45,841 bases of DNA, taken from NCBI GenBank assembly GCA_017650345.1, contig JAGCFB010000032.1, positions 1 to 45,841 of the forward strand, written 5' to 3'. This document shows positions 1 through 9,358 of the stretch, piece by piece. Each line of letters begins with the position of its first letter. Position 1 is the stretch's first letter. The notes beneath the pieces are model-generated. The model had not been told where the DNA came from. It did no database searches and worked only from the letters and a program-made list of their open reading frames with translations. The stretch comes from Kiritimatiellia bacterium. Its GTDB lineage: Bacteria > Verrucomicrobiota > Kiritimatiellia > RFP12 > UBA1067. Made by a program: the position numbers and the translations under genes.

Positions 1-175
1 CGGCGTAGTCCGCGGTGTCGTGCAGGTCGTCGCTGAGCGCCGCCGCGAGCGGCACCGTCAGCTCCGCATCGACGCGCAGCCGCTGCTCCCGTCCGCGCTC
101 CTCGGGCAGGTCGCCGATGATGCAATCGACGGACAGCCCCGAAATGCGCAGAACCATCGTTTCGGTCGTCTCCAT
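1..175 (-). CDS. folB: Dihydroneopterin aldolase, 5' part (runs off the window edge)
   Basis: Manual translation from ATG at 175: METTETMVLRISGLSVDCIIGDLPEERGREQRLRVDAELTVPLAAALSDDLHDTADYA. It matches FolB motifs (IG..xER..Q.L.VD, SDDL.DT.DY). Not in the ORF track. Confidence 0.85.
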   Translation of the reverse strand, partial: METTETMVLRISGLSVDCIIGDLPEERGREQRLRVDAELTVPLAAALSDDLHDTADYA

Positions 176-182
176 GGCGACT

Positions 183-191
183 ATTATACCA
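183..191 (-). promoter_or_regulatory. Extended -10 promoter (TGGTATAAT) for folB
   Basis: ATTATACCA on the + strand; the -10 box ends 7 nt before the folB ATG. Confidence 0.65.
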
Positions 192-243
192 CAACGGCGG
201 CGGACGCGCATTTGCGGCGCGCAGGTACGGCGCGCGGGGACTT

Positions 244-254
244 TGTGGTATAAT
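244..254 (+). promoter_or_regulatory. Extended -10 promoter (TGTGGTATAAT) for pyrB-rpoN
   Basis: Consensus TGnTATAAT in an AT-rich patch; GGAGG Shine-Dalgarno before ATG 287. Confidence 0.7.
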
Positions 255-286
255 ATTCACAAACGACAAAACTGGAGGATCCGAGG

Positions 287-1363
287 ATGTCACGCTTGAC
301 AGACATTTCGTGGGAAGATTTCGAGAGGCTGGGCCTCGAGGCGAAGAAGCCGTACCTGGAGCGCTTCGAGGGCGACGGGATGCCCTACCACACGCTTTTC
401 GCGCAGCAGTTCGACCGCGCGCTGCTGATGCGCCTCTGCGCGCTGGCGAACAGGATAAGGTTCATCAACAAGTCCAAGGAGGGCGCCCTCTACCTGAAGA
501 ACGTCCTCGCGCACAAGCGCGCGATGCTCTACTTCTCGCAGCCGAGCTCGCGCACGTTCCTCTCCCACCTCGCCGCCTGCCAGCTGCTCGGCATAACGAC
601 AGGCTCCGTGCGCGACGCCGCGACGTCGTCCGAGTTCAAGGGAGAGAGCCGCGAGGACTCCATCCGCACCTTCTCCTCCTACTTCGACATGATCATCATG
701 CGCTCGCCGGAGCAGGGCCTCGCCGAGAAGATGGCCTGGGAGCTGTCCAACAGCGAGCGTCCCGTGCCGATCCTCAACGCCGGCTCCGGCAAGGACCAGC
801 ATCCGACGCAGGCGCTCCTCGACATCTACACGCTCGTGCGCTCGTTCGAGAGGAAGGGCGGGATCGACGGACGCACGGTGACCTTCTGCGGCGACCTGAA
901 GCGCGGAAGGACGGTCCGCTCGCTCAGCTACCTGCTGACGGACTTCCGCGACGTGAAGCAGGTCTTCGTCGCGCCGCCGGAGCTGCAGGTGCCGGACGAC
1001 GTGACGGCCATTCTGCGCGAGAAGGGCGTCCGCTACGAGATATCCGACGACCTCAGGGCTGCTACGCGCGCGTCGGACGCGGTTTACATGACGCGCATCC
1101 AGGACGAGTGGGACAACGCGAAGGGGGAGTCCGCCAGGATCGACACCTCGCGCTTCAAGTTCGGCGCGGAGGAGCTCGAGCTCCTCGGTCCGGACTCCAT
1201 CATCATGCATCCGCTTCCGCGCCGCGACGAGATCGCGACGTGCTGCGACCACGATCCGCGCGCCATGTACTGGCGCCAGATGCGCAACGGCATGTGGATA
1301 CGCGCCGCGCTGATCGCCTCGACGTTCGGCTTCGAGCGCGAGATCATGGACTGCGGCTACTGA
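287..1363 (+). CDS. pyrB: Aspartate carbamoyltransferase catalytic subunit
   Basis: F.QPSSRT..S, KGES..D, NAG.G..QHPTQALLD, GDLK.GRTVRSL, YMTRIQ.E and HPLPR motifs. Confidence 0.95.
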   Translation: MSRLTDISWEDFERLGLEAKKPYLERFEGDGMPYHTLFAQQFDRALLMRLCALANRIRFINKSKEGALYLKNVLAHKRAMLYFSQPSSRTFLSHLAACQLLGITTGSVRDAATSSEFKGESREDSIRTFSSYFDMIIMRSPEQGLAEKMAWELSNSERPVPILNAGSGKDQHPTQALLDIYTLVRSFERKGGIDGRTVTFCGDLKRGRTVRSLSYLLTDFRDVKQVFVAPPELQVPDDVTAILREKGVRYEISDDLRAATRASDAVYMTRIQDEWDNAKGESARIDTSRFKFGAEELELLGPDSIIMHPLPRRDEIATCCDHDPRAMYWRQMRNGMWIRAALIASTFGFEREIMDCGY

Positions 1364-1401
1364 CGGGGCGCGGCGCGCGCGGCGAAGGCGGAAAGCAGGA
1401 C

Positions 1402-2814
1402 ATGGCTTTATCGGGAGAGCTGAGGCAGTCCCAGACGATGACGCAGACGATGACTCTGGCGCCGCAGCAGCGCCAGAGCCTCCACCTGCTCCAGCTCAGC
1501 CTCCCCGACCTCCGCACCGAGCTCTTCAACGAGATGGCCCGGAACCCCGTGATCGAGGAGATAGAGCCGACCCTCGAGAAGGCCACCATATCGCAGAAGG
1601 AGCAGGAGAACGCCGAGCGCGAGCGCGGGTTCGACAGCGACTACACCGAGGACGACGACATCCCCGGGACGGCCTACACGGCGGACGCGGACGCCCTGGA
1701 GCGGAGGCAGCGGTTCTTCGACTCGCAGACGCGCGAGGAGACTCTCGAGGAGCATCTCGCGAGCCAGCTCAAGATGTCCGACATCGACCCGGCCGACTAC
1801 CCGCTCGCGGAGATGCTCATCGGCGACCTCGACGACAACGGGTACTTCGCGGGATCCATCCCCGACGTGATGATGGTCTCCGGCGAGAGCGAGGCGAAGA
1901 TACGCTCGCTCCTCGCGGCCATACGCGACCTGGATCCGCCAGGCTGCGGCGCAACCTCCATAGAGGAGTGCCTCCTCGCGCAGCTCGACAAGCTGGACGG
2001 CTCGCCGTTCAGGGACGACGTCCGCGACCTCATCGCCAGGCACCATCTGGCGGACATCGCGGGCGGACGCATCGCGGCGGTGGAGCGCGACCTCGGCATG
2101 TCGCACGAGCGGTACGCGGACGTTCTTTCCGAGCTGAGGACGCTGGAGCCGCGCCCGGGCCGCGCCTTCACGCGCGCCGGGAAGTCCGTCGCCTACGTCA
2201 ACCCGGAGGTGCACGCCGTGAACGTGGGCGGACGCTGGACGGCGCGCGTGGACGACAGGAGCCTTCCCGACATCCGCATCTCGAAGCGCTACCTCCAGAT
2301 GCTGGAGGATCCGAAGACGTCGAAGGAGACGAAGGACTACATCCGCGAGAGGATCGCGGCGGCGAGGTCCATCTCCGAGGCTGTCGAGCGCAGGCAGGAC
2401 ACGATCTCGGGGATCGCGCAGGCGATACTGGACGCGCAGCCGGACTTCTTCACGGAGGGGCTGAAGGGCCTGAAGCCGCTGACGATGCAGGAGATCGCGG
2501 ACAAGGTCGGGGTGCACCACACGACGGTGTCGCGAACCGTCCGCGACAAGTACATCTCCACCCCGAAGGGGACCGTCGAGCTGCGCAAGTTTTTCGCGAA
2601 GGGGATAGTCGGCGAGCACGGCGAGCAGATCGCGCGGACGGACGTGCTGGACAGGCTGAAGGCGCTCGTGGACGGCGAGGACAAGGCGCATCCGCTCTCC
2701 GACGACAGGATATCGGAGCTCCTGAAGGGCGAGGGGTATCCCGTGGCGCGAAGGACGGTCGCGAAGTACCGCGGACAGCTCGGGCTGCCAGGCGCCCCGG
2801 ACCGCCGCGTTTGA
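1402..2814 (+). CDS. rpoN: RNA polymerase sigma-54 factor
   Basis: Gln/Leu-rich region I, LKPLTMQEIA...HHTTVSR helix-turn-helix and RpoN box ARRTVAKYR. True start is ATG 1402 after AGGA. Confidence 0.95.
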   Translation: MALSGELRQSQTMTQTMTLAPQQRQSLHLLQLSLPDLRTELFNEMARNPVIEEIEPTLEKATISQKEQENAERERGFDSDYTEDDDIPGTAYTADADALERRQRFFDSQTREETLEEHLASQLKMSDIDPADYPLAEMLIGDLDDNGYFAGSIPDVMMVSGESEAKIRSLLAAIRDLDPPGCGATSIEECLLAQLDKLDGSPFRDDVRDLIARHHLADIAGGRIAAVERDLGMSHERYADVLSELRTLEPRPGRAFTRAGKSVAYVNPEVHAVNVGGRWTARVDDRSLPDIRISKRYLQMLEDPKTSKETKDYIRERIAAARSISEAVERRQDTISGIAQAILDAQPDFFTEGLKGLKPLTMQEIADKVGVHHTTVSRTVRDKYISTPKGTVELRKFFAKGIVGEHGEQIARTDVLDRLKALVDGEDKAHPLSDDRISELLKGEGYPVARRTVAKYRGQLGLPGAPDRRV

Positions 2815-2825
2815 TGTGGCAGATA

Positions 2826-2834
2826 TGGTATAAT
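2826..2834 (+). promoter_or_regulatory. Extended -10 promoter (TGGTATAAT)
   Basis: TATAAT at 2829-2834, 7 nt before ATG 2842. Confidence 0.6.
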
Positions 2835-2841
2835 ACTGAAA

Positions 2842-4272
2842 ATGGTCCTGAAGCACATAGCATTGCTCGTCGCCGCGGCGCTTGCGCCGGCGGTACGTGC
2901 GGCGGACGGGGCTGACCCCGCGTCGGACGTCGAGGTCTGGAACGAGGGCGTCTCCTCGTACCTGGCCGGCGACGCCACCAACGCAGTGCGCGTGCTGCGT
3001 CCGCTCATGCTCTCCCGCACCCACGGTCCGCGCGCAGCCGAGCTCGTCGCCAAGATCGCCTACGACAGGGCGCACGTCCTGGGGGCGGAGGACGCGCTGG
3101 AGTCCCTCGAGGAGGCCGCCGCCGCCGCGCAGATCGCGCTTCGCGCCGCGCCGGGCGACGCGCGCGCGAACAGGAACTTCACCCGCGCGACGGAGAACCT
3201 CGCAGAGCTCCGCGAGACCAGGCGCGTCAACAAGGTGCTGGAGTCCGCACAGGGCCGCGACCCCGCATCCATCCTCGGCGGGGCGATGCGCTCGGCGCGG
3301 ACCATGATGGACGACGCGTCCGCCTGCCGGACCAACGCGGCGGAGGCGGCGGTCGCGATGGCGGACTCCCTTTCGGCGCGCGCGGAAAGGCTATGCGACG
3401 CGTGGCTCCAGGCGAAGGCGGCGATCTGCCAGGCCGTCACCAACGAGGAGCAGGCGGCGACGATATCGCTCCAGGTCGATCAGGCGCGCGAGCGCACGGA
3501 GCGCGCAGCGAAGGCGCTAGGCGACCTGGCGGACGACGCGTACGCCGCGATCGCGGACTCCGAGCGCGACTTCACGCAGTTCTTCAAGCTGACGGTGCTT
3601 CCGCCGGAGGCGATGCGCGAGGATCTCCTCGTGCAGTCGAACGCGCTCCTCGGCGTCGATGCGTTCAACGGACGCGACTGGCAGCGCGAGGCGCTGGACT
3701 ACACGCGCGCGTTCCGCGCGAAGTTTCCGGCGTGGGCGCAGGCGTACGAGCAGCAGGCGGCGGCGGACACGAACATGCCGCCGTTCACGGCGGAGGCGCA
3801 GGCGCGCGTCGCCGAGCTTTCCGTCGAGCTGGAGAAGCGCCAGATATCGTGCTGCGAAAGCCCCGACGCCGCGAAGCAGGAGGAGGCGCTCGGGATGATC
3901 CGCGAGATACTCGGACTCCTTCCCGACCAGGGAGGAGGCGGACAGCAGGGGCAGGACAGGCAGCAGAAGGGCGAAGGCGACGGCCAGCCGCAGAAGTCCG
4001 AGGGCGGCGCGCAGCAGCAGGAGAGCGAGGGCGACGACAGCCGCGAGCAGGGCGCCGAGGAGGGGACGCAGGAGGAGAACCCCGAGCAGGACGGATGCGA
4101 CGACGAGGAGGACCGCGAGGGCCAGAAAGGCGGCGACGAAGGGGAGGAGCCGGGCGACAAGGAGGTCGAGGCGCTCCTCAAGATGGCGCAGGAGCGCAAC
4201 GACGAGCACGAGGCGGAGAAGCGCGCGCGCATGAGGAAGATGCCGCTTCCGCCGAACGAGAGGGACTGGTAG
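2842..4272 (+). CDS. Secreted helical/TPR-like protein with Gln/Glu-rich linker and a C-terminal 'RDW' (BatC-like tail)
   Basis: Signal peptide (AVRA|AD), Ala-rich helices, low-complexity Q/E/G/D tract, ends EVEALL...PPNERDW. Confidence 0.6.
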   Translation: MVLKHIALLVAAALAPAVRAADGADPASDVEVWNEGVSSYLAGDATNAVRVLRPLMLSRTHGPRAAELVAKIAYDRAHVLGAEDALESLEEAAAAAQIALRAAPGDARANRNFTRATENLAELRETRRVNKVLESAQGRDPASILGGAMRSARTMMDDASACRTNAAEAAVAMADSLSARAERLCDAWLQAKAAICQAVTNEEQAATISLQVDQARERTERAAKALGDLADDAYAAIADSERDFTQFFKLTVLPPEAMREDLLVQSNALLGVDAFNGRDWQREALDYTRAFRAKFPAWAQAYEQQAAADTNMPPFTAEAQARVAELSVELEKRQISCCESPDAAKQEEALGMIREILGLLPDQGGGGQQGQDRQQKGEGDGQPQKSEGGAQQQESEGDDSREQGAEEGTQEENPEQDGCDDEEDREGQKGGDEGEEPGDKEVEALLKMAQERNDEHEAEKRARMRKMPLPPNERDW

Positions 4273-4306
4273 TCCCGTAACGCGACTTAAAGGATAGGAG
4301 AAACAC

Positions 4307-5416
4307 GTGACGGAAAAGAAGAAGATAGTGGTGGCGTGCGGCGGCACGGGCGGACACGCCTTTCCGGGGCTAGCCGTGGCCGAGGAGCTGCGCAGGCGCG
4401 GACACGACGTGACCATCTGGAACACGGGGCGCGACGTGGAGTCCAGCGTCATGCGCAGCTGGGACGGTCCGATATTCTCGACTGGCGCGAAGCAGCTTGC
4501 GCTCAAGAACGTGTTCGGCATCTGGCACTCGATCTGGCGCTGCCGCCGCGAGATGCGCAAGGCGAAGCCGGACGCGCTGCTCGCGATGGGGAGCTACTCG
4601 TCGCTTCCGCCCGTCCTCGCGGCGCGCGCGCGCGGCGTCCCTGCGGTCCTCCACGAGGCGAACACGGTCCCCGGCAGGGCGGTCGATTTCCTGTCCAAGT
4701 ACGTGAAGGCGGTGGCGATCAGCTTCGGGCAGACCGCGAAGCACCTGCCGGGCGTGAAGACCGTCCGCACCGGACTCCCCGTCCGCAGCGGGATCGCAGG
4801 CGGCAGGCGCTTCGACTTCATTCCGCCGAACGCCTTCGTCGTGTTCGTGACGGGCGGGAGCCAGGGGGCGCATGCGGTCAACATGCTCCTCAGCGACGCG
4901 CTCGTTCACATGAAGTCCGAGCTCGACCGCCGCGGCGCCGCCGCCTCGCGTCCGCTCTACGTCATCCACCAGACTGGCGTCAAGGACGAGGGAGTGGTCA
5001 CGGCCGCGTACATGCAGGCCGGGATGCCTGTCAGGGTGCACGCCTTCGAGAACGAGATGGCGAACGCGCTGGCGTCCGCGGACATCGTGGTCGCGCGCGC
5101 AGGCGCATCGACGTGCTTCGAGCTTGCGGCGTGCGGGAAGCCTGCGCTCCTCATTCCGCTTCCTTCGGCCCTGCGCGACCACCAGCACTACAACGCGGAG
5201 GCGTTCGCGGCAGGCGGCGCGGCGGACGAGGGCGTGCAGGCGAACCTTTCGGCGCACCAGCTCAGCCGCTACCTCCTCTCCAAGTACGACCATCCCGAGT
5301 CCCTGGCGAAGATGGGCGAGCGGATGAAGGCGCTCGCCGAGCCGGACGCGGCGGCGAAGGTCGCGGATCTCGTGGAGTCCATAGCGCGGCGTCCGCCGTC
5401 CCTGCACAGGCCATGA
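4307..5416 (+). CDS. murG: UDP-GlcNAc:lipid I N-acetylglucosaminyltransferase
   Basis: GGTGGH, HEAN..PG, TGLPVR, TGGSQGA, RAGAST..E and HQ..NA motifs. Confidence 0.95.
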   Translation: MTEKKKIVVACGGTGGHAFPGLAVAEELRRRGHDVTIWNTGRDVESSVMRSWDGPIFSTGAKQLALKNVFGIWHSIWRCRREMRKAKPDALLAMGSYSSLPPVLAARARGVPAVLHEANTVPGRAVDFLSKYVKAVAISFGQTAKHLPGVKTVRTGLPVRSGIAGGRRFDFIPPNAFVVFVTGGSQGAHAVNMLLSDALVHMKSELDRRGAAASRPLYVIHQTGVKDEGVVTAAYMQAGMPVRVHAFENEMANALASADIVVARAGASTCFELAACGKPALLIPLPSALRDHQHYNAEAFAAGGAADEGVQANLSAHQLSRYLLSKYDHPESLAKMGERMKALAEPDAAAKVADLVESIARRPPSLHRP

Positions 5417-5730
5417 AGGTACCGGAGGGAAAGACAATAACGTTCACCTTCGCCTCGCACCAGGTGAAGGACGTGAAGCTGCTCTGGGCGGTCAACGTGA
5501 CCTTCCCCAGCGGAGCGGAGGGCGACGCCATGCTGCGCGTCCACGCCGAGGACGGCGAGGGCACGCCGGTCGCGAAGGGGTTCTTCGAGTTCGCCGGGAG
5601 GTCCGTCGCCATCGAGGACGGCGAGGGCGCGATAAGGTACGCGGACTTCGTGGCGGGCAAGCACGAGACTGCGATCTGGATGAAGCGTCCGGGCATGGAG
5701 CCCATCCCGGGCGCGCTGACGTTCGCATGA
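5413..5730 (+). CDS. Hypothetical 105-aa beta-rich protein
   Basis: ATGA overlap with the murG stop; typical GC3 codon pattern; MKVPEGKTITFTF...GALTFA. Confidence 0.7.
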   Translation: MKVPEGKTITFTFASHQVKDVKLLWAVNVTFPSGAEGDAMLRVHAEDGEGTPVAKGFFEFAGRSVAIEDGEGAIRYADFVAGKHETAIWMKRPGMEPIPGALTFA

Positions 5731-5746
5731 GGGGAGGAGGCGCGCG

Positions 5747-6343
5747 ATGACCGACCACGAATGGTACGAACTTGTGAAGGAGGGCGGCGACGCCGGATGG
5801 AAGCCCGTATGGGAGAAGGTGATCGTGCCCGAGTCGCAGTCCCCGAAGAACGCCGAGATAATGCGCCGCTTTTCGCTGACGGACGGCGACCTCATGGGGA
5901 TGCTGTACGAGGAGATGATCGGACGGCGCAAGATCGACCTGTACCGCGACGACGGCGGAAGCCTCCAGGGCTGGCTCAGGAAGTACGTGAGGGGGTACAT
6001 ACTCAACGCGGACCCGAACAAGCACGGCGAGATTTCGCTCGAGAACGCGCACGCGGACGCCGAGGACGGTCCGTCCGAGATGGCGATCCCGGTTGACGAC
6101 CACAGGATTAGCCGCAACGAGGCGTGGAACATGACGCACCTCTGCTTCAGGGACCTCTGGAACGAGGAGCCGGAGCGCGCTTACGTGATGCTTCTCAAGA
6201 CGCGCTTCCACCTCTCCAGCGAGGAGGTCAAGGAGATGCTGGACGTCTCCTCCGCGGCGAACGTCGATCAGATGTTCTCGCGCTCGGTCAGGTTCATGCG
6301 CCAGGCGTGGGGGCGCTGGGACAAGAAGGGCTTCAAGTCGTAG
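5747..6343 (+). CDS. Divergent ECF-type sigma factor-like protein
   Basis: GGAGG Shine-Dalgarno; N-terminal TD.E...GD..W; region-2-like GSLQGWLRKYVR; region-4-like HTH LSSEEVKEMLDVSSAANVDQMFSR. Confidence 0.6.
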   Translation: MTDHEWYELVKEGGDAGWKPVWEKVIVPESQSPKNAEIMRRFSLTDGDLMGMLYEEMIGRRKIDLYRDDGGSLQGWLRKYVRGYILNADPNKHGEISLENAHADAEDGPSEMAIPVDDHRISRNEAWNMTHLCFRDLWNEEPERAYVMLLKTRFHLSSEEVKEMLDVSSAANVDQMFSRSVRFMRQAWGRWDKKGFKS

Positions 6344-6354
6344 GGCGTACGGAC

Positions 6355-7140
6355 ATGAGACTCGTCGCAAACCTCCACACACTCATATGGGGAACCGAAA
6401 GCTGGGACGTTTCGGTATATCGCGACTCGTCGAGCGTGATAGCGGACGGGCCCAGGAGGGGCATGTCGCTTTCCGAGGTTCTGCCTGACTTCCCGCTGCT
6501 CGTAAAGGTCATCGACGTGAGGCGTCGCAACTCCGTGCAGGTCCATCCAAACGCGCGCACAGCGCTCGTGACAGGCGGCGAGCCGAAGACGGAGATGTGG
6601 TGCGTTCTGGAACCGGGCCCGATCTACGCGGGACTCAGGCCGGGGACGACGGCGGACGACGTGAGGGCGGCGGTCGCGAGCGGCAGCTTCGAGAACCTGC
6701 TCGTCAGGCACGACGCGAAGAGGTTCGACACGTTCTTCATCCCGGGCGGGCTCGTCCACGCCTTCGGCGACGGGGTGAAGGTGTACGAGGTCCAGCAGAG
6801 CTCGGACACGACCTTCCGCCTCTACGACTGGGGCCGCAAGGGCGCGGACGGCCGCCCCCGCGAGCTGCACGTCGAGAAGTCCATGCAGACCATCGACTTC
6901 TCCCTCCCCGTCCCCGTCGCACAGCGCGACGTCCATTGCGAGTTCTTCGACTTCGTGCAGCGCGAGCACGACGCCGACGCGGAGGTCGCCGCGCCGGCGG
7001 ACTCCTTCATGATAGTTTACGAGGTGGCGTCGGGCGCATCGACGCTCCTGGAGCCGGGCGAGCGAATGACAGTCGAGCCCGGGCGCGTATTCCTCACCAC
7101 GCTCCCCCGATGCGGTGCCGGGACGGGCAATATGATATAA
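6355..7140 (+). CDS. manA: Type I mannose-6-phosphate isomerase (short form)
   Basis: FPLLVK, SVQVHP, KTEMW, PGG.VHA and EVQQSSDTTFRLYDWGR motifs. Confidence 0.85.
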   Translation: MRLVANLHTLIWGTESWDVSVYRDSSSVIADGPRRGMSLSEVLPDFPLLVKVIDVRRRNSVQVHPNARTALVTGGEPKTEMWCVLEPGPIYAGLRPGTTADDVRAAVASGSFENLLVRHDAKRFDTFFIPGGLVHAFGDGVKVYEVQQSSDTTFRLYDWGRKGADGRPRELHVEKSMQTIDFSLPVPVAQRDVHCEFFDFVQREHDADAEVAAPADSFMIVYEVASGASTLLEPGERMTVEPGRVFLTTLPRCGAGTGNMI

Positions 7141-7141
7141 T
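7133..7141 (+). promoter_or_regulatory. Extended -10 promoter (TGATATAAT)
   Basis: Overlaps the manA stop codon; 6 nt before ATG 7148. Confidence 0.55.
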
Positions 7142-7147
7142 AATTCC

Positions 7148-8233
7148 ATGATCGAGTTCACCGAAAACCAGAGGAAGACGATCGCGAGCGGGCTCACGCT
7201 GCTTGCGCTCGCCGTCGTCTTCGCGTTCGTCGCATTCGTCGGGTGGGGCGCCCTGAAGGCCATCTCGTTCGTCGCGCCGGCCATCACGCCGGTCGTGGCG
7301 GGGCTGTTCCTGGCGCTCTTCTTCAAGCCGTACTACAACTGGTGGAAGCGGCTCGTCAGGAACCCGTCCGCCGCCGTCGCGCTGATGATGCTGTCCATAC
7401 TGGTGCCGGTATCGTTCCTCGTCTGGAACTTCGGCTCCTTCGTGGCGGACCAGGCGTCCAACCTCATAACGCAGGCGCCGCAGCTCGCGGCGCGGTTCAT
7501 GGACTGGTTCCACGAGACGTTCCCCAAGGCGCGCGAGCTTGCGGACAAGCTGGGGGTCCCGTACGCGGACTGGCTGGAGATATACAAGGTCAAGGCGGCG
7601 CAGGTCGGCGTGGGCGTGCTGGGGTCCGTCACCGGACTCGTCAGCTGGATCGTCGCGCTCATCTTCTTCGTGTTCTTCCTCACGCGGCGCGACATGCGCG
7701 GCGAGGACTACGTGAGCGAGATGCCGTTCCTCAAGGACGACACGCGCAGCTTCCTGGCGGAGCAGATCAACGCCTTCCAGGACATCATGGTCAGCTTCTT
7801 CCAGCGGCAGGTCGTGATCTGCCTCATCGAGGGCGTCCTGTACGGACTCGGCTTCATGTGCGTCGGGCTCCCCTACGGCTTCATCATCGGCTTCACGCTG
7901 GGCGTGCTCAACCTCGTCCCGCTCTTCGGAACCGTCACATGCCTCCCGATCGCGCTTCCCCTCGCCTACTTCGGCGCGGGCGGCAGCGGACTCCGCGTCG
8001 CCGGCGTCATATGTGTCTGGCTCGCCGGGCAGATACTCGACGGATACCTCATCACGCCGAAGATCCAGGGCAACAAGACCGGGCTCGGCTACGCGGGCGT
8101 GATCTTCTCATTCATCTTCTGGGGGTCCGTCTTCCAGTCCCTGCTCGGGCTCCTCCTCGCCATTCCGCTCTCCGCCTTCTGCGTCGTCCTCTGGCGCTCG
8201 CTCAAGTCGCGCTACATCCGTCCGGTCGTCTGA
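7148..8233 (+). CDS. AI-2E family (PerM/TqsA-like) membrane transporter
   Basis: About 8 TM segments; GVLNLVPLFG, Q.LDGYLITPKIQG and GLLLAIPL motifs. Confidence 0.85.
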   Translation: MIEFTENQRKTIASGLTLLALAVVFAFVAFVGWGALKAISFVAPAITPVVAGLFLALFFKPYYNWWKRLVRNPSAAVALMMLSILVPVSFLVWNFGSFVADQASNLITQAPQLAARFMDWFHETFPKARELADKLGVPYADWLEIYKVKAAQVGVGVLGSVTGLVSWIVALIFFVFFLTRRDMRGEDYVSEMPFLKDDTRSFLAEQINAFQDIMVSFFQRQVVICLIEGVLYGLGFMCVGLPYGFIIGFTLGVLNLVPLFGTVTCLPIALPLAYFGAGGSGLRVAGVICVWLAGQILDGYLITPKIQGNKTGLGYAGVIFSFIFWGSVFQSLLGLLLAIPLSAFCVVLWRSLKSRYIRPVV

Positions 8234-8236
8234 CGC

Positions 8237-9358
8237 ATGGGAAGGGACGCGGCGATGGACGGCAGGGAGCAGGCGCGCGGACAGGTCCGCGCCCCCGCGC
8301 TGACGCACCGCCCCGTGCCGCTCGCGATAGTGGGCGGCGGCGCGGCCGGGCTCTTCGCGGCGTCCGTCGCCGCCTCGCGCGGACTCGGGTGCCTTGTCCT
8401 AGAGCGCAAGGCCCGCATCGGGTCGAAGGTCCTGATGACCGCCAACGGACGCTGCAACTTCACGAAGGACATATCGGCGGAGCGTATGCTCGCGGACATC
8501 GGCGAGCCCGTCGCGTCGTTCGCGGCGCGCGCGCTGCGGGAGTGTCCGCCCTCCATGGTCGCCGCCGGGTTCAAGGCGCGCGGACTCAAGATCAAGCGCA
8601 TGGCGGACGGACGCCTCTTTCCGGCGAGCGGAAAGGCGGCGGACGTGGTCCATGTATTCGGCGACCAGCTCCGCGACTCTTCGGTCCCTCTTCTCGTGAA
8701 CTGCCCCGTCACCGGGATCCAGCCGATGAAGAGCGGCTTCATCGTCGCGACGCGCAGCTTCACGATATGGGCCAGGAACGTCCTCGTCGCGACCGGCGGC
8801 GCGTCGTTCCCGAAGACGGGGTCCGTCGGCGACGGACAGGAGTTCGCGCGCAGGCTCGGACTAAAGGTGGAGCCGCTGAGGGCCGGGCTCGTCGGATGCG
8901 AGACGGACGACGCGGCGGTGCGCTCGATGGCCGGCGCGCGCTTCGAGCACGGGGCTTCCGCCGCGCTGCTCGTCGGCGGACGCGAGGCGTTCCGCGCAGA
9001 GGGCGAGGTGGAGGTCGAGCCGTGGGGGCTTTCCGGCGCGGCGATCTACAACTGCACCAGGCACGCGGCGCGGCACGGGATCGCGGCGTTCGACATCGCG
9101 ATCTCCACGCCGGAGGGCGCATGGACCGTCAGGCGCCCGAGGATGCGTCCGCTCAAGGAGGCCATCGTCACCATGGGCGGCGTGGCGCTCGACGAGATCG
9201 ACCCGGAGACGATGGAATCGCGCAAGGTCCCGGGGCTCTACTTCGCCGGCGAGGTCATGGACGTGGACGGTCCGACCGGCGGCTACAACCTGACGCTCGC
9301 CTTCGCGACCGCCAACCTCGCGGTCAGGAGCATCGCCGCATCCGCAGTGGAACGATGA
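8237..9358 (+). CDS. HI0933/YhiN (BaiN-like) flavoprotein
   Basis: IVGGGAAGL, KV..TANGRCNFT, ATGGASFP.TGS.GDG, VTMGGV and GLYFAGEVMDVDGPTGGYNL motifs. Confidence 0.9.
   Translation: MGRDAAMDGREQARGQVRAPALTHRPVPLAIVGGGAAGLFAASVAASRGLGCLVLERKARIGSKVLMTANGRCNFTKDISAERMLADIGEPVASFAARALRECPPSMVAAGFKARGLKIKRMADGRLFPASGKAADVVHVFGDQLRDSSVPLLVNCPVTGIQPMKSGFIVATRSFTIWARNVLVATGGASFPKTGSVGDGQEFARRLGLKVEPLRAGLVGCETDDAAVRSMAGARFEHGASAALLVGGREAFRAEGEVEVEPWGLSGAAIYNCTRHAARHGIAAFDIAISTPEGAWTVRRPRMRPLKEAIVTMGGVALDEIDPETMESRKVPGLYFAGEVMDVDGPTGGYNLTLAFATANLAVRSIAASAVER

Noticed and set aside
310-1401. Long N-terminal extensions on rpoN, and similarly on the ORFs starting at 4336, 6124, 7243, 14549, 25848, 30157 and 32301
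   Set aside because: Stop-free upstream frames overlapping other genes; real starts are internal ATGs with Shine-Dalgarno sites or stop/start overlaps. Not true fusions.
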